DNA of 64,000 nt from Fimicolochytrium jonesii (Eukaryota): the NCBI RefSeq assembly GCF_025526975.1, contig NW_026515683.1, positions 186,001-250,000 on the forward strand, given 5' to 3'. Made by a program: the position numbers and the translations under genes. Position 1 is the first letter of the stretch. Each line of letters opens with the position of its first letter. This document shows positions 24,417 through 38,366 of the stretch, in pieces. Under the pieces are notes generated by a model. That model did not search any database and was not told the origin of the DNA. It saw only the letters and a list, made by a program, of their open reading frames with translations.

Positions 24417-25619
24417 ATGCACAGAAACCTTTCTTTCCCTCTCCTCTCACGGCAGCCTTTGCATGACAATGCCCAGGTATGGTATCTGCTCTTGTACCGG
24501 CCCTCTCATTCACCCGATGTCTTATCATAACGCTTATGGTCCCGCTAGCCACCATGCCCCTCCTTCGCCACCCGCACGTTACCTACGACCACCCAACTCA
24601 CCCTCTCCGCTCCATCTCCATCTCCATCGCCCTCACCTACACCACCACCCACCCATACCACCAACAAGCTAGCCCTCTTCATCCCCGCAAGCTATACCCT
24701 TGGCTCCCTCCTCTTCCTCCTCTCCAGTGTCCTCGGCTGCTTGCCTACATACTACTCCTCCTACAACCTCTCAGCACTCACACCCTCGATGCACGCGTAT
24801 GCCCTATGGGCAAACATCATGAATCTGGCGGGATGTCTTGTGTTTTGCGTGGGGATTGCTGTGGAGTGGGTATTGGGGTTGAGGGTTGCAATGGCGGGTG
24901 CGGCGGCAGTGGGGCATGGCAGTGAGGCGAGGACAATGACCAAGACGGGGGGATGCAAAGTGTGGCCGGGGGAGTCCGCGACGACGCCTAGGGTCATGAA
25001 GTCGAGCGAACTGTCACCCCCACCTGAAGGGGTCCATCTCCCGAGGCGCGATTCGTGGATCGAGGACGGCATGGGGTCCCTGGACGCTAGATATAAGGAA
25101 CCCACCCGCCGCGTTTCGTTGACGGGCACGACGGCGAAACGGAGGATATCTACATATGCAACAACATCCCCACCACAATTGCCGGCAACATGGGCTTCCG
25201 AAGCCTCCCTCTCCGGTCTCCGAATCAGCGCCACATCCAGCACCGCCTCGCCCGCACCCGCCCTGGCCCCACTCCTCCCGCCCACCATCTTCCTCGTCGG
25301 CATCCTCCTCTTCACCCTCTCGGCCGCATCCTCCTTCCCTCCCCTCTCCACCGCGCAAATCTTTATCCCCTCGATCCTCGGCTCGATCGCCTTCCTGGCC
25401 GGCGTGTCGGCCGCGCCGGAGTGGACGGTGGGTGGGTGGGCGTATTGGTGCGGGTCGGTTCTGTTTGTGGTGGGTGGGTGTGCCGGGTTGTGGGAGGCGG
25501 GGAGCGCAGGGTGTGTGTGGTGTGTCGGGGGGATGCAGGTGGTGGGGAGTGTGATGTATTTGGGGGGGAGTGGGTGGATGGTTTGGGTTGCGTGTGGGCG
25601 GGGAAACAGAGAGGGTTGA
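24417..25619 (+). CDS. Multi-pass membrane protein (YrhK-like repeats); probable intron 24477-24548
   Basis: Hydrophobic helices with GSxxFxxGS-type motifs: YTLGSLLFLLSS, NLAGCLVFCVG, ILGSIAFLAG, WCGSVLFVVGG, VVGSVMYLGGS. Confidence 0.55.
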
Positions 25620-26260
25620 GGGCAGCCCGCCACCGGTGTACCAGAGCAGGAGCAGTACAAGGGATGATGGTTCTGGGTGATGCTGGGGTATATACGAAGG
25701 TGAAAGCGCAACGATGCTGCATGTATGCATGTACCTATCTCTGTCGCACACCCATCCTGCTGCATATCCTTTCACCTTTTGCCCCAACTGGCGTTGAACA
25801 TGGGTCTGCGTTAACTTGTCCATTTCCCCCCATCTCGTCCAACGCTCCCCCCGGACTCCCAGGCAGTCAACTGATATGCCTCAAGGCAAAAAAAAGCCTA
25901 TGAGAAGCCCCACCAGTTTTCTATCTGAGCTAAGCTTGATCTTGACGGGAACAAGCGCCGAGGCAGAAAGTTTCCGGGTGCCCCCGCGCAAAAACCGCCC
26001 AGGTTTATCTTACGAGTCTACAGACTTGCGAGAAGAATATTCCCTTCATCCAGCCCTTTTCTGTCCGTCATAGAGCTCTGCCAATCCGTCGCGCGGTGTG
26101 GCATTGAATTGGAAGCGTCCGTTTCTTTCACATCTCCCTGCCAGTCCAGATATAGATCCAGTCAACGTGGACCCAACTCAGCTAGAAACCCAACGCACCC
26201 ACCCTCCACGCCCAACCCCAGCAAAGCACCGTCTTCTCCACCCTCCCCCCCAAAACAAAA

Positions 26261-28335
26261 ATGAAAGAAGGCATCATCCGCCTCCTCGACACGTCCGGCA
26301 CGACCGTCCTCGACTCGGTCTCGACCGAGTACGAGGACAGCTTCACGCTCGAGACGTTCGGCGACTCGATCGAGGCGCACTACGAGTGCGAGCCGAAAGG
26401 GTCGAAGAGTTTCATCATCGCAAGGACCCAGACGTGGGATGTCAAGCAGCCGGGGAAGGTATGACCTGGCCCGGGAGTGGATGCGATGTCTCTTTTTCTC
26501 TCATGAGATGCGAGGTATTGATGGCTTTTGTTTCGGATAGGTGTTTTATTCGTACTACAGGTGGGTTCCGCTGTGCCCGTTTCTACCATGCAGATGGCCC
26601 ATCCAATGACAATGTTTGATATATATTTATTTATTTTTTTACGACGCAGCGCATATCAACTCAACAAGATCCTGTTTCAAACGCAAGTGTACCTCGGCAA
26701 GAAGCTCATCCACCGGCTGCACGTGCTCAACCCCTTAACCAACACCGACATCATCGGCGACGTGCAGTACTTCATCATCCGGCTCAACAAGGAGCAAGGC
26801 GCGCAGGCCAGCACGGGGTCGTCGGAGGGGCGGGGCGGGGATGAGGGTCGAGGGGGGCCGCCGCCGGCGGTGTTGCAAGAGAGCGAGGGTGGTGGGGGTG
26901 GGGGGAAGCTCGCGAAATCCGAGAGCAAGGCGAATATGGAGGACCGGGCGGAGATTGCCGCCACGGTGCCTGTCGAGGATCTCGAAGCGCCTGCGGCGGG
27001 CGACGGGGTCAATCTCGTCCCCACCATCGACACGATAACGCCCAGCAAGCCCGCCAAACGCGGCGGGCGGCCATCCACCGCGGGCCCGCTGGGTGCGGCG
27101 CGACGAAAGATGTCGTTGGCGATCAACACCGCCCCGCCCGGCGCGAGTCGGTATTTGGATCTGCCGCCGCCGAGCCCGAGCGTGCGGGAGATCGAGAAGG
27201 GGGAGTTACCGAGTTGGACGTTGAGTGGGCCGCTGGTGAAGGAGATCACGGAGGAGGAGCCGCTCGGGACTGGTGAGTTTTTTTTCCCCCCAATTTCGTT
27301 CAGAGGATTCGTTCCCCCCCCCCCCCCCCCCCCCCCCTGTTACGGGTGCAGAGATTCTAAACTTTGAGATTCCCCGCAGGCCCACTCCGCCGTAAATTCA
27401 GTCTCGCCACCCTCCGTCTCACCAGCCCCTACCCCACCGCGATCTCCCCACCGCGCGGGCCCAAATCCGCCTACCCAACCTCCACCAGCTCGCAGCGGGA
27501 CCCGGAAAACTTCATCATCACCGTCCCGCTCACGCCGTCCACAGCGCGCGACGGCATGATCCCCGAAGAAAGCGGCGACGAAGAAGGCACGGCAAAGGTG
27601 CACATCGTCACCAAACCGCCCCAGGGATTCCTGATGCTCAACACGGGGACCAAGCAGCAGCGCACGCAGGTTCCGTTCGGGACCGCGACGCGGTTCGGGA
27701 AGAGTATTGCCGATAGGGAGGGTGTGGGTGCCGGCGACGACGTGGTATCCTCGACCCCGCCCGCGCGGCGCCGCGCGCTGTCGCTGCTGAACTACGGCGC
27801 CGAGGCGGACAAGATGGAGGAGTGGATGAAGGCGGTCGCGCAGCGGCCACGGACGGCGGGGCCGGGTCGCCGCGCGAGTGGGAAAGACGGGGATGACGGG
27901 GAAGCCACGGTCGACGTCGAGTCCCCCGCCGCCGCCGGCGACACCTACACCGACACCGACACGCCCGCGGCGTCCTCGGCGACAACAGCCACCGCGCTGC
28001 TGGTCACGTACGACGCCGTGCTGGTCGCGACCGACACCGACTACCTCGAGACGTCGCGCACGCGCACGCTGTTCCGCACCAACGCCGTCACCCCTGCGGA
28101 CGTCAAGCTGTTTGAGATGGAGGAGTACACCGGCCTGTCGTCCCCGCCGCCCGTGGTGATTATCGACGACACGTGGTTTTGCGATTGGTGCTTTCCGAGC
28201 GATCAGAGGTTGAGTGGGATGACGCCCGTGGTGAGGTGGATTCATCGGCTGAAGTTTTGGTTTGTGCTGGCTGGGGTTGCGGCGGGGTTGGGAATAATGG
28301 TTTATTATGTGAGTAAGAGTGATGCGAAAATGTGA
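26261..28335 (+). CDS. DUF5092-like fungal protein with C-terminal TM anchor; 4 exons including a 20-nt microexon
   Basis: EYEDSFTLETF, FIIARTQT, VFYSYYSAYQLNKILF, NPLTNTDIIGDVQYF, ATDTDYLE...LFRTNA; TM segment FWFVLAGVAAGLGIMVYYV. Confidence 0.65.
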
Positions 28336-28631
28336 TGGGGGTGGGGTTGCAAGGGCTTTTTGGGGGGTGGTTCGGGTAGATGGATGTGAGGAGGGCGGTG
28401 TGTTCGGAGCCATATGTGCAGGGGAGAAAGACATGTTTTTCTTGTGTATCCGAAAATGTCATATACATGTGCCCATACGCCCCCGCTACAGATTACCTCT
28501 CCGCTTCCGGAGCTGGAGGAGCGCCGCTCATATGCTCCTACCAGCGCAGGACGAAGCATTCGGTTGGGTCGAAATCAGGAACATACCCCCCGTCGCGTAT
28601 ATATTCATCTCCCACCCATCCCACACCCCAT

Positions 28632-29995
28632 TCAAACCCCGGAATAATTCCCATGCACACTGTGAGTAGTCGTACTCCCCTCTGGCGTAACATAAGCCGC
28701 GCTCAGACCGCCATCGACCAGGAAATCGGTGCCGGTGATGAAGGTGGATTCGTCGGAGGCGAGGAAGAGGGCTGCGTAGGCTTGTTCGATTGCTTCGCCT
28801 GTGGGGTTGGGGGGGGGGGGGGGGGGGGGGGGGTGAGCGGAGGGATATGGGAGTAGGGAGGCGGAGGGGAAAGGGGAGGAGGGAGGAGGGACGTACCGAA
28901 CCGTCCGACGGGGACGTGGACCAAGCGGCGTTGCTTCTTTTCTTCCGTGTTCAGGAAGTTCATGAGGAGTGGGGTCCTGTGTGTGCGACGTTTTGAGTTT
29001 CGTTAGGGGGCTCGTTTCCAGATTCAGAACGGGAGGACGGTGGTTTTCCCTTTTACCTGATGGGCCCGGGACAGAGCGCATTGAAGCGGATGTTTTCGCG
29101 GGCGTGAATGACTGCTAGTTCGCGGCTGCGGGAACATCCATACTCGTGAGACAACGGTCGGCCTGAAGGAGAAGGAGGAAGTTCGAAACAGAGATCGCCC
29201 AAAAACTCACGTCATGGCCAGGACGGCGCCTTTGGAAGTCGTATCTGAAAAAGACACGGCGTGTGAGTGAGCTGGAGGAATTCGGATTCTACACTGTCAT
29301 CTCACCCCCCGGCAACTTACAAGCCAACTGCGGCGTCGCAGCGCCCCTTACCGCGACAAAACTCGCGGTGTTGATGACACTGCCGCCACCCGCCCTGCGT
29401 ATCGCCGGGATGGCATGCTTGCACCCGAACCACACCCCCTTGACGTTGATGTTCATGGTGAGGTCCCATACTTTCTCGTCGGTGGTTTCGGCGTTGTCGT
29501 CGGAGGGGTGCATGATGCCTGCGTTGTTGAAGACGATGTGGAGTTTGCCTATGTGTACGAGTGGAATGATGAGATGAAAGGATGATGGTCGCGACAACGA
29601 TGTTGGGCTGTGGTGAGCTCTCTTTCCACCCCCTCCCCTCGCAACACTCACCAAACCTCTCCTCAGCAACCCTCACAGCCTCCTTCACATCACTCTCCCT
29701 GCTCACATCCACCTTGACAAAGACCGCCACCTCACTCTTCAACTCCTCATTGATCCTCTTCACAACGGCGGTCCCCGCGTCCTGGTTCACGTCGGCGCAG
29801 ACTACGCGGGCGCCTTCGTGGGCAAAGAGGAGGGACGTTTCGAGGCCTATGCCGCTGTTTCGTGGGGCGGGGGGGAGATGGAAAAGATGGAATGAGATGG
29901 CGGGGTGTGATAGAGAGATGGGTTGAGACGCGTTGAGTGAGTTACCTCCCTGCGCCGGTGATGAGGGCGACTTTGTTTGTGAGACGGTTTGGCAT
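28632..29995 (-). CDS. Short-chain dehydrogenase/reductase (FabG-like), multi-exon
   Basis: KVALITGAGSGIG, VFNNAGI, INTASFVA, catalytic YTTSK, RFNALCPGP, FLASDESTFITGTDFLVDGG. Confidence 0.92.
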
Positions 29996-30232
29996 TGCTT
30001 TATGGCTGGAGGGAGTGCCTTTGTTTGGGGGGTTTCCGCTGCTCTTGGGGGTCTGTTCTGCGGGGACGTTTTGGCGGAGGGAACGAGCGGAGAGCAGCGC
30101 GTGGCGGGAGGGCGCAAAGGGGAGCAACGCTATTCATCTCACGAAACAACCATCTACACAACACACTTATACTGTACAAAGGGAAGGGCGGACAGAAGAA
30201 ATCACATATGAACATAAAAACAACCCCCGCCA

Positions 30233-31773
30233 TCACCCATTAAACCCCCACACATCCCTCCCCCGTCTATCCGGATCCTTGCGCTCCCCATACCGCTCAT
30301 CCCACTTCTTCAGCTCAACCAGCGTCTGCATCTCGTCCGTCAGGCTCGGCGCAACCTGCTTCAGCGCCGTCTCAAAATGCTCGTTGCTCAGCGGGGGTAG
30401 CTTCTCATCGCTCGGCCGGCCCTGGACCACCACCTCCTCCTCCGGCATCTTCAGCGGATCAGATTCACCCCCGCCGCCGCTGACCCGCACAAGCTTCTCC
30501 AACCCCTCGTCGCCCCCCACCGCGTCCCGGATGCGCGCGAGGGCGGCCGCCACGCACAGGTTTTTGAGGTCGGAGCCGGAATACTTTTCCGTGCGGCGGG
30601 CGAGCCGGTCCAGGTCGAGCGTGGGGGAGAGGTGCTCGCCGCGGAGGTGGAGGGAGAGGATGGCGTGGCGTTGCGGCTGTTTGGGGAGGTCCACTGAGGT
30701 GAACGAGAGAGCAGTACTTGTTCAGAAACCCTTTCTAAGAGTGTGTGTGGGGGGACGGGTGATATCTGAGACTTACCCATAATGCGCCGCGGCATCCGGC
30801 GGAGAATCGCGTCGTCCAAGTCAAACGGTCGATTGGTTGCTAAATGTCGCGGAAACACAAATCCGTAAAAAAGGGATCAGTATCATGCTACCCGCAACTC
30901 CACCCCGCACCACAGAACCACCAAAGCTTTTTTTCTTTCACTCACCACCCACAATAACCAACCCCTGATTGTTCCCCCCCAACCCATCCCACTCGCTCAT
31001 AAACTCATTCACAACCTCCCGTCTAGTCGGCATATCGTTTACCCCGCCCCGTCTCGCAAACAGGGCATCCACCTCATCCAAGAACACCACGCACGGCTTC
31101 AGTTTCCTCGCCAGCGTGAATATCGCTTTCACGTTCTTCTCCCCCTCGCCCACGTACTTGTCGTACACGTCCGATAGCGCGACGCTCATGAACCGTGCCG
31201 CCGAGTGCTTCGCGAGCGCTTTGGCGAGGAGTGATTTGCCGGTCCCGGGGGGCCCAAAGAGGAGGACACCGGTGATGGAATGGCGCGCGAGGACACCCGC
31301 GGTGTAGTAGTGGGGCTTGAGAAGGGGGAGGACGGTGAGGGTTTGGAGGAGGGTTTTTGTGTGCGAGGGGAGGACGAGGTCGGAGAAGGAGACGGTGAGG
31401 TTCTGGGGGTTGATGACTGTTGTGAGGAGCTTTTTTTCGTAGGCGTTGAGGGTGATGTTGGCGCGTTTGAGCTCGGCGGTGAGGTCGGGGTGGGAGTGGG
31501 GGGTTGGTGCGGGGGTGGGGGTGGGGGTGGCTGTATGCAGCGACGGGTTGGTTGTTGGTGTTTCGGGTGCTACGAGGTTTCCGTCGTGAGTGGTTGTGGA
31601 TTCCCCAGTCGAATTGGCGAGGTGGTGCGACCCAGAACCGGACCCGCCGCCGTCCTGACCAGCGGCAGCGACAGACCCGCCGGGGCCCCATCCATCCGGC
31701 ACGGGCGCGGGGCGGTCCGACTCCCTCATAATCGCCAAAGCCTTTTCAAAGTGCTCCGCTTCCAGGTCCGAGG

Positions 31774-31807
<34 letters not shown>

Positions 31808-33856
31808 CTTGCTTGTTGTCGGTACCGATTCCGCACCAACATCCAACGGACTCCGCGGCGCAACCGAAAAGGCCGTATCCGCCTTCACACCCACCGCCAA
31901 CCCCACCAGCCGCTCCGCCTTCACCCTCGTCCACAGCGCCTCCTCCAACGCATGCACCTTCCCCGCGCCCCCTTTACTCTTCCCCCCCGCAGCGCGCGCA
32001 GTCAACCCCGCCGCAAGGTGCTCGAGCACCCCCGGCCGCACCGCCAACCCGGCATGCGCACACACCACCTCGATGCGGGACAGGTTCAGCTGCAGGATCC
32101 GCGCATGCATGTCGCGCTTCATCTGCTCGAGCCAGTGCTGCTGGCGGTGGCGGTCGTCGTCAGTGGGCGTGGCGTGCGGGGAGACGAGGTACAAGGCCGG
32201 CGGGGCCAACTCGATCTTCTCAAACACGGTTGTCATTTTATCCAGCGGTGTCGCAAATATCTTGCCATCGCTCCAGAGACGTGATGAATACGCGTCGGCG
32301 TCGCCGGGGGGTACAAAGAGAGGCTCAGTGCGGCCGGCAAAGAACTCGGTGTAGAATTCCGTGTCGCGGCCGCGGCCGATGTTTCCTGGTAGCACGAGGC
32401 TTGGGCTGCACCCGGTGACGAGCACGACGGGGATGCGGTGGTGGGTGCGGAGTTCCTTGACTGCGTCGAGTAACCGCACGGCCAATTCTTTCCCGCCTGG
32501 CGCGACGAGGAGGTCCGTCATGTCTTTCACGTAGAGGACGAGCTTGCGGGAGGATTGCAGATTGGCGAAGGGTGCGAAGGGCATCCCGCCGCATCGGCTT
32601 TTGATGAAATCGACGAGGAACTTCGCGAAATCGGTCAATTGGGCAGAAGACAGGGATTCGCTGTAGATAGACTCCTCGATCGCTGTCTTGACCTCATCGG
32701 GTGTCGAGTCGGCCGCGTTTTGAGTCGGGAACAGGGAGGTCAGGACGCGCGACGATGCGGGGTGGTCGAGGGTGAAATGCATCGGGCGTGGCGGGTCCGA
32801 GTCCGCGCGAGAAGATGCGCCGTCACCTCCCCGTGATTGTGGGCCCGCATGGAGGTGTAACATCAAAGGCGTGGGTGAGGACGACGCGCCCCCGCCGCCC
32901 CCGCCGTGGAGGGGTGAACCCGTCCACGGGCTGTATCGCCGCTGGTACGGGTTCCCAGGGTCCGTGGAGCGGTAGTCCACCTCATCCTCTTCTTCCCCTT
33001 CCTCGTCATACTCGTCATCATGCTCTTCATCAACCTCATTTTCACCAGCGTCCTCCACGGCGGTCATATACAGCGTTGACGGATGGAACGGGTCCGACAG
33101 CGTCAGCGCCGTTGGCCTGCTTTTCTCCACCACCCTAGAGCCCCTCTCACCCTGCCCCCTCGCGGCCTCCAAGCTCGCGGCCAGGCTCGCCCGATCATCC
33201 AGCTCCTTCACCCCCTTGAGCACGTCCACAAAATCCAGCGTCAGCACGTCCGCGCCGATTTCCCTCGCGGCTGCTTTGGCCATCTTCTCCATGAACGCGA
33301 CCGCGCCCGGGTGCGGCGAAGAGAGCACGATGTTCTTTGCTGCGAAGCGGTGACTGGATAACCCTGCCAACAGCAACGTTTTGAAGGTTTTTTTGTTTTG
33401 CGGTGTGAGGTGGTATGGGAACGCGTTTGCGTCGAAGGATTCGGACAGTCTGGCGGCGGCGGTGTACCTGCTCTCAAAGACGTGGAGGTGCTGGACCGGC
33501 GGTGGATGGTTGGGTTGTTGATGGGAGTTGTTGAGCAATTCGTCGATCTGCTGGAGGGGCGGGTGCTTGTGGTTGCCGTGGCTAGATCCTTTTCCAACGC
33601 TCCTGCTGAAGGCGTTCCAGTGTGCCATTCCCCTTACTATCGAACCCCATTTCACCGCAGTGGTAACGGGAGCCTGCCCCGCTGGGCCTGTTGTTGGGGT
33701 TGCGGTTGAAGACGTAACTATCGAGACCTGCCTGCGTCTGAACGCTGCTCGGGTGGAATATGACAGTGCATACCCTGTCGCCTTGAGACAGCACCGCGGA
33801 CACATTCCTGCGGTGGACGGCTTCCCTCGGGTCGCAGCGGCCGTTCGGGACAACAT
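30233..33856 (-). CDS. AAA+ ATPase of the Msp1/ATAD1-like group with long N-terminal region, likely mitochondrial
   Basis: Walker A GPPGTGKS, Walker B VFLDEVD, NEFMSEWDGL, ATNRPFDLDDAILRRMPRR, YSGSDLKNLC, WDERYGE; Arg/Ser/Thr-rich N-terminal presequence-like region. Confidence 0.88.
31775..31807. repeat. (GTT)11 microsatellite encoding poly-Asn in the AAA ATPase
   Basis: Direct reading of the sequence. Confidence 0.95.
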
Positions 33857-34174
33857 GGTGCTTGTGCTTGTGCTTGTGGTGAGTGCTGGAAGCAACGCCC
33901 TTCCTCCCCTCTCGCCAAGTTACAAAGTTCGGGTGAGAAGTCGAACGCGCATTTGACCCTTGGCCCTTTCCTCGTCTCCTTCGTGCCTGTCATTCTGCAC
34001 AGCTTTCCCACTCACAGAGACGGGCGGTACTCACCAGGGTACTCACAGGTCGCTTGGAACCGCAGGAACCGCATGCATGTACAGTACAGTACAATTGGAC
34101 GTTTCAAGGACTACGTTCAATGACTTCTCTACCTACTACCGACCTACATCGTCTATGCATACATCCCCCTCAGG

Positions 34175-35419
34175 CTACTTTTCAACCGAGTCAGTTAGAA
34201 ACGCCGTCACAAGCCTCAAAAACTCTTCCGGCTTCTCAGCATGTACCCTGCAACCCACACAAACAACCGTATCAGGCTTTGCACAACCATCCACAAGCCG
34301 CCACTACCACCCATCACCCAAATTGCATTGCAAACCTACCAATGCCCCGCGTCAACATCCACCACTACTGCCCTCGGGAAGAACTCCTTGATCACCGGCC
34401 TCGACTCTTCAGTGATATACCTCGCCTTCGTGCCCGCAATGAACAACGCGGGCCCGTCATGCGTCTTCCCACTCCCGGCAAGCGAGAACCTCCACAGGGA
34501 TTCCAGCGACTCTTCCAGGGCGGGGAGGTTGATACGGAATGTCATGTGCGGGTCGCCCGGGGTGCGGCGGAGGTTCGTCAGGAGGAATTGCCGGATTGAG
34601 AGGTCCTGGCGTTAGTATGCGGGGGTTAGCCATGTGCGACAACCCAGATGGCGGGAAGGGCTGTGAACAACTCACCTTAACATCCTCCTCCATGATCTTG
34701 TCCGCCTGATCTTTGCTCGTCACCTTGGCAGCCTCCACCTTCTTCATGACGTTGACATACCCGCCAAACTCCTTCGTCTGCCTCTGTTTTGCCGGCGCCA
34801 TGTCAACGACAATAAGCTTGTCGAGGCGACTCCCATCTTGCAGAGCATAGTGCATTGCGACTGGAATGAAGGCGGAGAGTATCCCGTATTTCAGGCTCTA
34901 CTCGAACGTTGATCTTGCGACAGGATCGGGAAACTCACCTTTCCCACCCCTATAGTCCAAACAAACATTTGAGTTGTCTCGCATAACACATCTCCCTCCC
35001 CATCAACGTATCGAAGCAAGCAACGACCCTTACATAGAATGTCCCACCAAATTAACCTTTCCCAGCCCTTCCGTCTCCAAAAACTCTCTCACATCCTCCG
35101 CCATCGTCTCGAAATCATGCCGCGCGTCGTGAAACGACTCTCCATGGTTTCGCAGATCCACAGGTATCACGTCCGTGCCCAGTTTCGAGGCGAGCGCTTT
35201 GGAGAGCGACCGCCAGTTTTGTTTGGAGCCGAAGAGGCCGTGCAGGATGACGAGGGGGGAGATGGAGGTGCGGGCGGTGCCGGTGGGGGGTGAGAAGCGT
35301 TGGAAGCTAAGGGTGGGGTGGGTTGACATCAGGCGCAGGAGGGAAGTGCGGTGCTGACGGACACAGAGATGGGAGCCCGAGAGGGTGGACCTTAGTCCTC
35401 GACATATAAAGACCGACAT
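34175..35419 (-). CDS. ABHD11: Alpha/beta hydrolase, ABHD11/YbfF-like, multi-exon
   Basis: PLVILHGLFGSKQNWRSL, VDLRNHGES, GHSMGGK (spliced), LIVVDMAP, QFLLTNL, DAGHWVHAEKP. Confidence 0.88.
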
Positions 35420-35697
35420 GTTGCCTTTCCTGTTGTCCAGTGTCGGAGTTCAATTGGACACAGAAAGACCTCTAAGATGTGGCTTGATACGTCGTGTGGT
35501 ATCCGCCTGGGGCCGCCCCAGTCCTTCACGAAGGCTGCGTTGGTTGATATCTGTAGTGTCTTCGCGGAAAGTAGGAGCTTTGGACGGGCTGCTGTGGGCT
35601 GCTGGGGGAATGTGGGCGCGTGCAACTTGCAGCAACTACTAGGGAGTCGCAATTCCCAAGTCGCCAGAGATCACCACCACTCCCACACAACAACAAT

Positions 35698-35990
35698 ATG
35701 ACAGAAGAAGAAATAGCCATGATGCAGGCCATGGGCCTCCCCGTCGGCTTCGGCGCCGTCAAAAAGGACAACTCGGCCTCCCAACTCGCTAAAGCCATGA
35801 ACGACACCAAGCGAGCAGTGGTCGAGCCGACATTACCCGCTGCGAAAACCGAGTCTAAACCCGAAGGGAATGTCGGGATGGACATTACCGTGAAACCTGC
35901 GGCGGGTGCAGGGACGGGTGCTGGTGTGGAGAAAGCGAAAATAGAATCGCAGGGTGGAGCGAAAACGGGGTTGGCGAGGTACGCGGACGA

Positions 35991-36022
<32 letters not shown>

Positions 36023-38150
36023 GCGCAGGGTCGGAAGACGAAGCGGCGCACGATGCGGATGAGTTGCCGATATCGCATCAGGCTGCGTTGAAGGATCACC
36101 AGAGGGTACGTCTGCATTCCAAAGGAGGTACTATCCGGACAACGGTGGACTGACACCCCGCGACTCTTTTTTCGAGCAGACGGTATCAGCACTCTCAATC
36201 GACCCCTCCGGATCCCGCTTCGTAACGGGCGGCCGGGACTGCATGTTCAAGCTATGGGATTTCCACGGGATGGACGCCTCGTTGAAGCCGTTTCGATCGT
36301 TTGAGGCGACCAGTGGCAATCCTGTAAGTCCTTCCAAGGTTCTTTCGCCGCCCCGACATCGCCCTCTTGACCTGACTTTTTGTTTTGAACGTAGATCCGC
36401 GACGTGCAATTCAGCCCCAGCGGCGACCAGATCCTAATGGCCTCCAGCTCCGCGCAGCCAAAGGTGTACGACAGGGACGGGGTCGAGATGTGAGTGAGCG
36501 ATTGCGGTCATCACGAAGGGTTGACTGGACATATTAACCGACAAGAGAAGTGTGGAATTTGTTAAAGGCGATCCGTATATCCGGGATATGCGGCATACGA
36601 AGTGGGTTTGCGGGGTTTTGGGGATTTATGGGGATTTGAGAAGGGCCGCATGCTGACCGTGTTTTGGGAATAGGGGACATGTGGCGGCACTTACGGCGTG
36701 CAGGTGGCACCCGTTTGAAAAGTCGACGTTCCTTACCGCGTCGCTAGACAGCACCATAAGGTACAGTCTATCACTCGCCAGGGACCGTGTATAAGAGAAC
36801 GGCAGGTAGAAGAGAATCCCTCGAACTAAAAGCTCCCCTTTTTCTTTTGCAGAATTTGGGACGTGACATCCAAACGAAGCCACAAACAGGTCATCGCTGT
36901 GAAATCAAAACAGCCGGGTGGGAAAACGGCGATAACGGCCGCCGCGTACTCGCATGACGGCAAGCTGATTGCGGGCGGAGGGCAGGACGGCGCGCTGAGG
37001 ATATGGAATAGTAATGGTAATTTCCTGGCGCCTTCGCATGTAAGTCTAATTCCGTCAGCTCCAGTCACGCTCTACGAGCCTCCTTTCTAATGAATGAGTG
37101 CGAAAACATAGAATGTCGAAAACGCCCACATGCCCGGCGCACCCATCACCTCCCTCACCTTCTCCCGCAACACCCCCTCCCCGCTCCTCGCCACCCGCGC
37201 CATGGACGACACCCTCAAACTCTGGGACCTCCGCTCCCTCCGCCAACCCCTCCACACCGTCCCGAACCTCCCCAACTTCTTCGAAGAAACCGACGTCACC
37301 TTCTCCCCCAACGACCGGTACATCCTCACCGGCACCTCCGTCAAAAAAGACCAAGGGTTCGGCACACTCTGCGTTTTCGACCGTGACTCTCTGAAGGAGG
37401 TCGCGAACGTACAGGTCGCGACGAGCTCGGTGGTCAGGGTCGCGTGGCATCCGAAGATCAACCAGATTGTGTTGGGGACCGGGGATGGGAGCGTGCAGGT
37501 TATGTATGACCCCGTGCTGAGCTTGGCGGGGATCAAGGCGGCGTTGGGGAAGGTACCGAAGAAACGGGGAGAGTTTGCGGTTTTTGCTGATGACGCTCAT
37601 CGGTGCGTATGCCCCAACTCCTTTAACCAAAATCACAATATCCGCATAGCTCTAACCCATTCCCCCCTTGTTACTTAGACCCATCATCAACCCCCACGCC
37701 CTCGCCATGTACCGCGACGACGCCCTCAACGCCTCCCGCTCCACCAAACGCAAGATCGAGAAACTCCGCGCAGACCCCATCGCGACCCGCAAACCCGACA
37801 TGCCGCTCATGACGGGCCCCGGCCGCGGCGGCAAAGTCGGCACGAATGTCACGCAGCATATCATGAAGGGGCTGATTAAGGATGATAGTAGGAGTCAGGA
37901 CCCGAGAGAGGCGTTTTTGAAGCATGCTAAGGAGGCTGAAGGTATGTGTGAGATGTGTGTGTGCGTGTGTCTTCTTGATGTTTGGGGTTCTGATAGTAAT
38001 GGGTGACTGATGCTCTTTTGTGGTGTAGAAAAACCGTTTTGGGTTGCGCCTGCGTATACCAAGAACCAGCCGAAACCGGTGCATGCGGAGAGTGTGTATG
38101 AGGATGAAGGGGAGGCGGCGCGGGCTGCGGCTAAGAAGAGGCGGCAGTGA
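35698..38150 (+). CDS. WDR70: WD40-repeat protein WDR70/GAD-1 homologue, multi-exon
   Basis: MMQAMGLPVGFG, KLWDFHGMDASLKPFRSFE, KGDPYIRDMRHTKGHVA, DDTLKLWDLR, WHPKINQI, DPIATRKPDMP..GPGRGG, DPREAFLKHA. Confidence 0.9.
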
Positions 38151-38366
38151 GCGCGAGAGAGGGGAGGGAACATGTTGCACTCTTTTTGTAAATACATTGT
38201 GATTCTATCCTCGACGCACGATGCTGAATGCACGTACTGTACGTGAGCGCACCGAACAATACAAGGTTTTCTCGCTCGGAGAGAAGACCATACACGTGCA
38301 GGAGGTCCAGCCTCGCCTCTCCAATCGTGATACGTATGTACAAATTCATACAGCCCCTAGCCAGCA

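Noticed and set aside
24761..25903. Long antisense and alternative-frame ORFs (e.g. 24761-25765, also 27340-28434 and 31280-32284)
   Set aside because: Shadow ORFs of GC-rich real genes, with low-complexity translations and no motifs.
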